From Catajapyx aquilonaris (Eukaryota): a stretch of DNA of 64,000 nucleotides. The notes under the pieces are model-generated. The model searched no databases, was not told the DNA's origin, and saw nothing but the letters and a program-made list of their open reading frames with translations. The stretch lies in contig JYFJ02001102.1 of NCBI GenBank assembly GCA_000934665.2, positions 1-64,000 on the forward strand. The letters are read 5' to 3'. Positions within the stretch are counted from its first letter, which is position 1. The number at the start of each line of letters is the position of its first letter. Below, piece after piece: positions 59,001-64,000 of the stretch. The position numbers were made by a program, and so were the translations under genes.

Positions 59001-62000
59001 TCAGAAGCGAGGAAAGTCTGCTTGTCAGACCTGCTATTTCAAAAAAAAAAAAAAAAAAAAATGCCGTTGTAGATATCATTTTCTACGGAGTCCTAGAGTG
59101 AAATCTGCGAAATGTGCACGTGATGAATCTATGTGTGGATGAGGCAATCGCTGGGAAAAATACTATTAAATTTTTAAGCGATTTCATTCATTACATATAT
59201 TACTTGGGTTTTTAAAAAGATGTGGGGAGACTAGCCGGATTCGGTTTTTACCTGGCTTATGAATAAAACATGTTTACGAATAATGTAGCATTATTTTAAC
59301 CTTACGTGACGACGAAGGATGCAAATTTCATAAATGTAGCAATATGGGCTGTTCTGGTGGAATGTTAGAGCACATATTGTTAGAGAAGATGATACATTCT
59401 TGCTGGAATTATTTGGAGTGGTTTTTCTGCTCTTTTTACACTTGAATCAACACCCTTCATACCAGTGAAAATTTCTCCCAAATGAAATGCTTGTGTCCAT
59501 TTGAGGAGAACGTTTAATCAGATCGACAGGAAAATTATTGATAGTTTAAAAAGGAATTTAATCCAAGCGTGCCAAATGATTTTTCAAGCATTATTGTTAC
59601 GACCTATGAGAACTGCAACGTGCGTCACAACCCGATGCAAATGACCACCTGCCATTTATGACAACCGCATACTCGCATGTCCATACACAGCATGCGACAC
59701 TCGTTCAAAAGACCTCCCCCATGCGATTAATCACTTGGCTAAAACCACCTGTTTGTTTCGCCATTCCATTCTGTAAGGTCACAGGCCTGCTCCTCGACAT
59801 TTGAGTATTGTTTACAAGACTTATTTTCTCCTTGAAGGTACGAGGTGTGTGTTGACTCAGGGTGTGTGTGGATCGGAAGGGTACGGTACAATGTGTGGAT
59901 GGTTCTTTTTCTGCTCAAACTTCTTGCAGGGTGTACAAGATCCAGGTAGTACAGTAGTTCCAAGGCCTTCCGGATGTTGATGGCTTGTGCACCGTGGTTG
60001 GCTGGTGGGGGTTGGCCAGCTTGGTTGGCTGGCTGGCTGGTTGGGGTCAGCTGGGCGGTTTTGGGCTGCGAGGGTTGCGGAATCCCGCCGGGTCCTGTTA
60101 TTCCGCCCCTGGGCTTATGCACGGGGGTCGTTGAACCCTCAGCAGCCATCATTTTTGGTGGCGGCCACTTTAATTGGTACAGGGGCCATCGTCCTTTACG
60201 ACGGGGGGTGTTGTGCTGTCCACCACATGAAGGACAACTAGGGACAATTTTTCGATGGATACTACCTTGCTCGGACGTTGGAGTCACCCCCCTCCTGAGG
60301 TGCGTTTTCCCTTTCGGCACTTGGAGGTCAAGGGGAATATAAGGTTGGAACTACTCCATGTCCACTGTACTGTACCAGGTACCTGCAGTGTTACACGCAG
60401 GTGAAAGGAGGGTGAAAGGAGATGCAAATGACAGTCATCCGTACTAATATCTGCTTAAGAAGAACTGGAGCTGTAAAGGGCATGTGCGCGGAAAGTTATT
60501 GCCAAGAGTGGCTTGGCTGCCCTTAGGAGGTGCCACGCAAACAATATCCAAGGCGAATATATTCTGTAGGGCACGGCACCAACTTGCGAATAATAAAAAT
60601 TGTGGACTTACACGTTTGGGAATGTCGCATTTTGTGTGGAGGCAGACGAAGCTGCTCTATCCACAAAAGGGGTTATGAAGGCGAACGTAGACTAGTCATC
60701 GAGTCCTGTTAATCCCTGGAGCTAGTTTTGTGGCAGGTTGTTGGGTTGGAGGGGGGAAGGTATACAACTTTTGTATGGGATGGGGGTGTTTGTGGCAATG
60801 GTGGGTTAGAAGAGACAGCACCCTGCACTTTTTCTAGAGAGGGGACCATTTAATGAAGGGTGCGAAGATAACAGAGGGCCACTAGTAGAAACATGTCAAA
60901 GCGATCATTTTGAGCATGGAAACCCACATTCCTAAAAGGTAGGGTCTAGACCTGCCTTAAAACATGGGACCATCTTGGCTCCTATCCAGTTAGCCGGTGC
61001 CAACTATGCTGGACAGAAGGACGTCTTCTGGTGGGAATGCTGCATACCACAAGTGGCTAAAAGCAAGATCATAAAAATCTAAACATGGTTATAGATTTGA
61101 GGATAAGATTTTGGTAGCGTGAGATCCATCTGAAATATTTCAAAAAATGATCGACTCGCTGTCAATTTTTTTCGCATTTTTCTCAAGGTGTAAAATATCA
61201 TATTAACCCTCGAGGCAACAAAAATTGATGGATACTGGTTCCGAGCATGGGAAAATAAAAATATTGACCACACCCCCTAAAAGAGCTGCCCGATCTTCTT
61301 CTCACTTTTTCCCTCACCTTCTTCGCTTTCCCACCTCGCCCTTTCTTGAGCTGCTGCTGCTTTTTGGACCTTGAAGCCCCCAAAGTGGATGGCCTGTGAA
61401 GATCGAAAGTGCTGCCCCTCTCCTTCTCTCTCCTTCATGAGATTTGAATTCCCAACGGTTTCGTCATGGAAAGGTTGCCGACACTATCGCACAACTTCTC
61501 TGGCTCGGAACTGGAGGAAAGGAAAAAAAAAAAAATCAAGATGTGCTTTACACGTGGGCTCGTTAATCAACCTGAAGGCATCAGTATATAATAATTAGGG
61601 GTCCTGCAATTTTTGCGGCGGGATGACCATCCCACTGTAATTGCAGTACTTGCGTTTCTTGCTTGGTGACGTAAGCCACAGGGGCGTATGCGTAACCAAA
61701 TCCAAAGTCAAGGCCGCATTTTTAGCGCACGTTTTTTTTTACATTTTTTTTAAGCGCATAAGAATCCGGTTCTAATTCGGTGGGATGCTAGTATTGGCGT
61801 AATGCAGGTTACTGCTGATCTTGAGAAATGCGCAGTGCAAGCTACACGAGCAAGACTATTTATTGTAGTATATACGATACAAGGTTATGCACCGCTGATA
61901 GTACAGTATACAGTGTATAGGCTAATATGTACACCGTCTAACCACCTATAAGTACATTACTAAATAAGAAATATTCATGGCATATTTTATATTCTGGTAT

Positions 62001-64000
62001 TCCCATATGGTCATACTGTTTCAGTATCCACTAACAGTTACCAATAGCTCACAAGTATGTTACATTGTTATTGTAGTCCTATAACTACGAGACAAAAATT
62101 TAGCCTATATTCATAACCTTTTTATAATTACAAAATTGAGCAGATATTTCAGAAGTAATATAGACTGCACCGTATCACAAGTGTCCTAGTAACATCATAC
62201 ACCCTTTTTTGAATATTGAGTTGAATTCATCCACTTTAGGTTCACTTCCTTCTGCACGATCTGGCCATAAAACAATTTTGCTATGAAGTCGAAAACAGAA
62301 ATATATCGCCAATTTTAAGCCTGGCAAAAAATCAGCTCATCCCATCATGAGTCATTTACGAGCACTTATGTAAGCTGTGGCACACCTTGCTTATGTGGAT
62401 TTCAGGCAAGAACATCGCCTGCAGCCATGCTCCTTATACCGTAACTCACATCGTTTTAGTGACGCCTAGGAACGGAATTATTCAAGGCTACGAGTTTTTT
62501 ATATATATAAATTGGAGTACTGCACATCATGCGATCCGTCAAAAAATCCCCATGCAACTTTTTAAATCTAGAGTAGTAGCGCAGGTTTTTGCTGTACTAT
62601 TGAATAAGGTGCAAGGGGATGGAGGTGGGGGTGGGCAGACTCTCTTAATTGAAGCTCTTAAATCTCCTCGGATTGAATTACGTGAGATCCTGTAGCTAGG
62701 CAAACGGTCAAGGTGCCCTTGGCTCTTCCTTTCTCCCACACACCTGAGGTATATCATTTGGTCACGCTCGTTCGAACCTGCGTCTCATTACACAGTAGGT
62801 ACCAATAAGGCACAAAGTGCTCCATCCAAAAGAATATAAGACCTTTCCTAAATATTCAGTGCTTCAGGTGCAACAAGGTCAATTCGAAGTCGCCCGTGAT
62901 TCCAACACCACTTTCACTTTGGCAATGACCTTCGAAGTTCCACCATTTTTTATCCAGGTGGTAAAAGGTGGGCTGTCCACGTCCTCCAGTTCTAATCATC
63001 CATCTTGGATCGAACCTTGGAAGACCTTTCGCCGCATAGTTTCCAAGGGGGGTGTATACACATTCAGATTCAAAAACCAGGTGCCGGTATACAGCCACGT
63101 GCCCTCCTGTGTTATTTCCTCGCGAACAGACGCATTTTCATCTGAAAAGCCGCGAACCGTTAAGTTTTCTTCCCCCGCCACCACCTCCACAACCCCTGTG
63201 ACTTCTTCTCCGCACGTGAGATCCTGCTTTTGAGCAACTCGAGACGATACTTCCCGTGACCAAAGACCGACTATGAAACTCAGTTTCCGACCAGCTGCTT
63301 CGTTCCTTTGGCTACAGCTTGGGGGTCCACCGCAACCATTCTCTGCAGGAAACCCTTCTTGATTGTTGCGATGAAACTGAAGACAACATGTTGGCATGGA
63401 GGCAACCGCCATGTGACATACTAGCGCCAACTATAACTATTTCTTCATACAATGTTACTGTTAAAAGTTAGCAGCAGGACAGTTGTCCCACGAGTTATCG
63501 ACCCCAGTAGGACAGTAGGACCCTAATAACACTTTAGAAGTTGTTATTAGCTGCTATTATAGGTCGTCAAATTGATTAGGGTCCCCTTCGAACTATAAAA
63601 TTGGTGTCAGTGACTCTTGTGGATGCCCCGTGCATAATCGGACACCGGGTATATGGAACCCCATATAGGCCAAGCCGTAAACCCACCAGATCTTATTCGA
63701 CGTTCCAACCATAAATCTGGTTTTTCTGTTCCCTCTTCTGCGTTGGCATTTATTGGGACAGGGACGGAGAGCTCTCGAAGGGCGCCATAAAGGTCAGTCC
63801 AAAATTGCCATCAATTGGGTTGGAAGCGATGACCTCTCTTCTTGGGTGATGGTGGAGGAAAAAAAAGAGTTTGCGTGCTTCATTTTTGGTCAGGAGGTGC
63901 TGGAGGGAACGGAAGGTAGACCCCCCTGGTTCCTAGGTGCCAAAATAACGGGAGTGTCCTCATCCATCCGTCCATGGCACAGCTCCCAACCTGGGAAGGA

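Noticed and set aside
59930..59945. 16-nt microexon candidate (ttcttgcag|...CAG|gtagta)
   Set aside because: Good acceptor but weak donor, and no partner exons identified.
59739..60342. 193-aa minus and 122-aa plus ORFs
   Set aside because: GC-rich island with GGCT/GGTT microsatellite; no recognisable domain or convincing exon boundaries.
62817..63430. 138-aa and 144-aa overlapping ORFs
   Set aside because: No family resemblance I can recognise and no supporting splice structure; BLASTX would be needed.

Overview
Intron-containing animal genomic DNA, most likely from an arthropod judging by protein similarity. Plus strand: the 3' two-thirds of a CBP/p300 (nejire) gene (12 exons, 1050-10881: bromodomain, RING/PHD, HAT, ZZ, TAZ2, NCBD), followed by a ~3.2 kb 3'UTR. 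A small minus-strand TOMM5 gene (14158-15084), missed by the ORF track, lies tail-to-tail with it. Next come two tandem, CBP-derived 'mini-CBP' genes that share a first exon, last exon and 3' flank but keep different interaction modules: copy A (15539-18078) has a degenerate TAZ1, scrambled Q/P segments and NCBD; copy B (20302-23403) has an intact, spliceable stand-alone KIX domain. Then a type-9 transmembrane adenylyl cyclase (25166-29777) and TDRD3 (34124-39092). The last ~25 kb has no recognisable protein gene, only MITEs, simple repeats and a cluster of CRE palindromes. Two tRNA-derived SINEs and piggyBac-, hAT-, pogo/Tigger- and Harbinger-type MITEs sit in introns. All exon models were read by hand from splice signals, phase consistency and remembered homologue sequences; no transcript evidence or database search was available.
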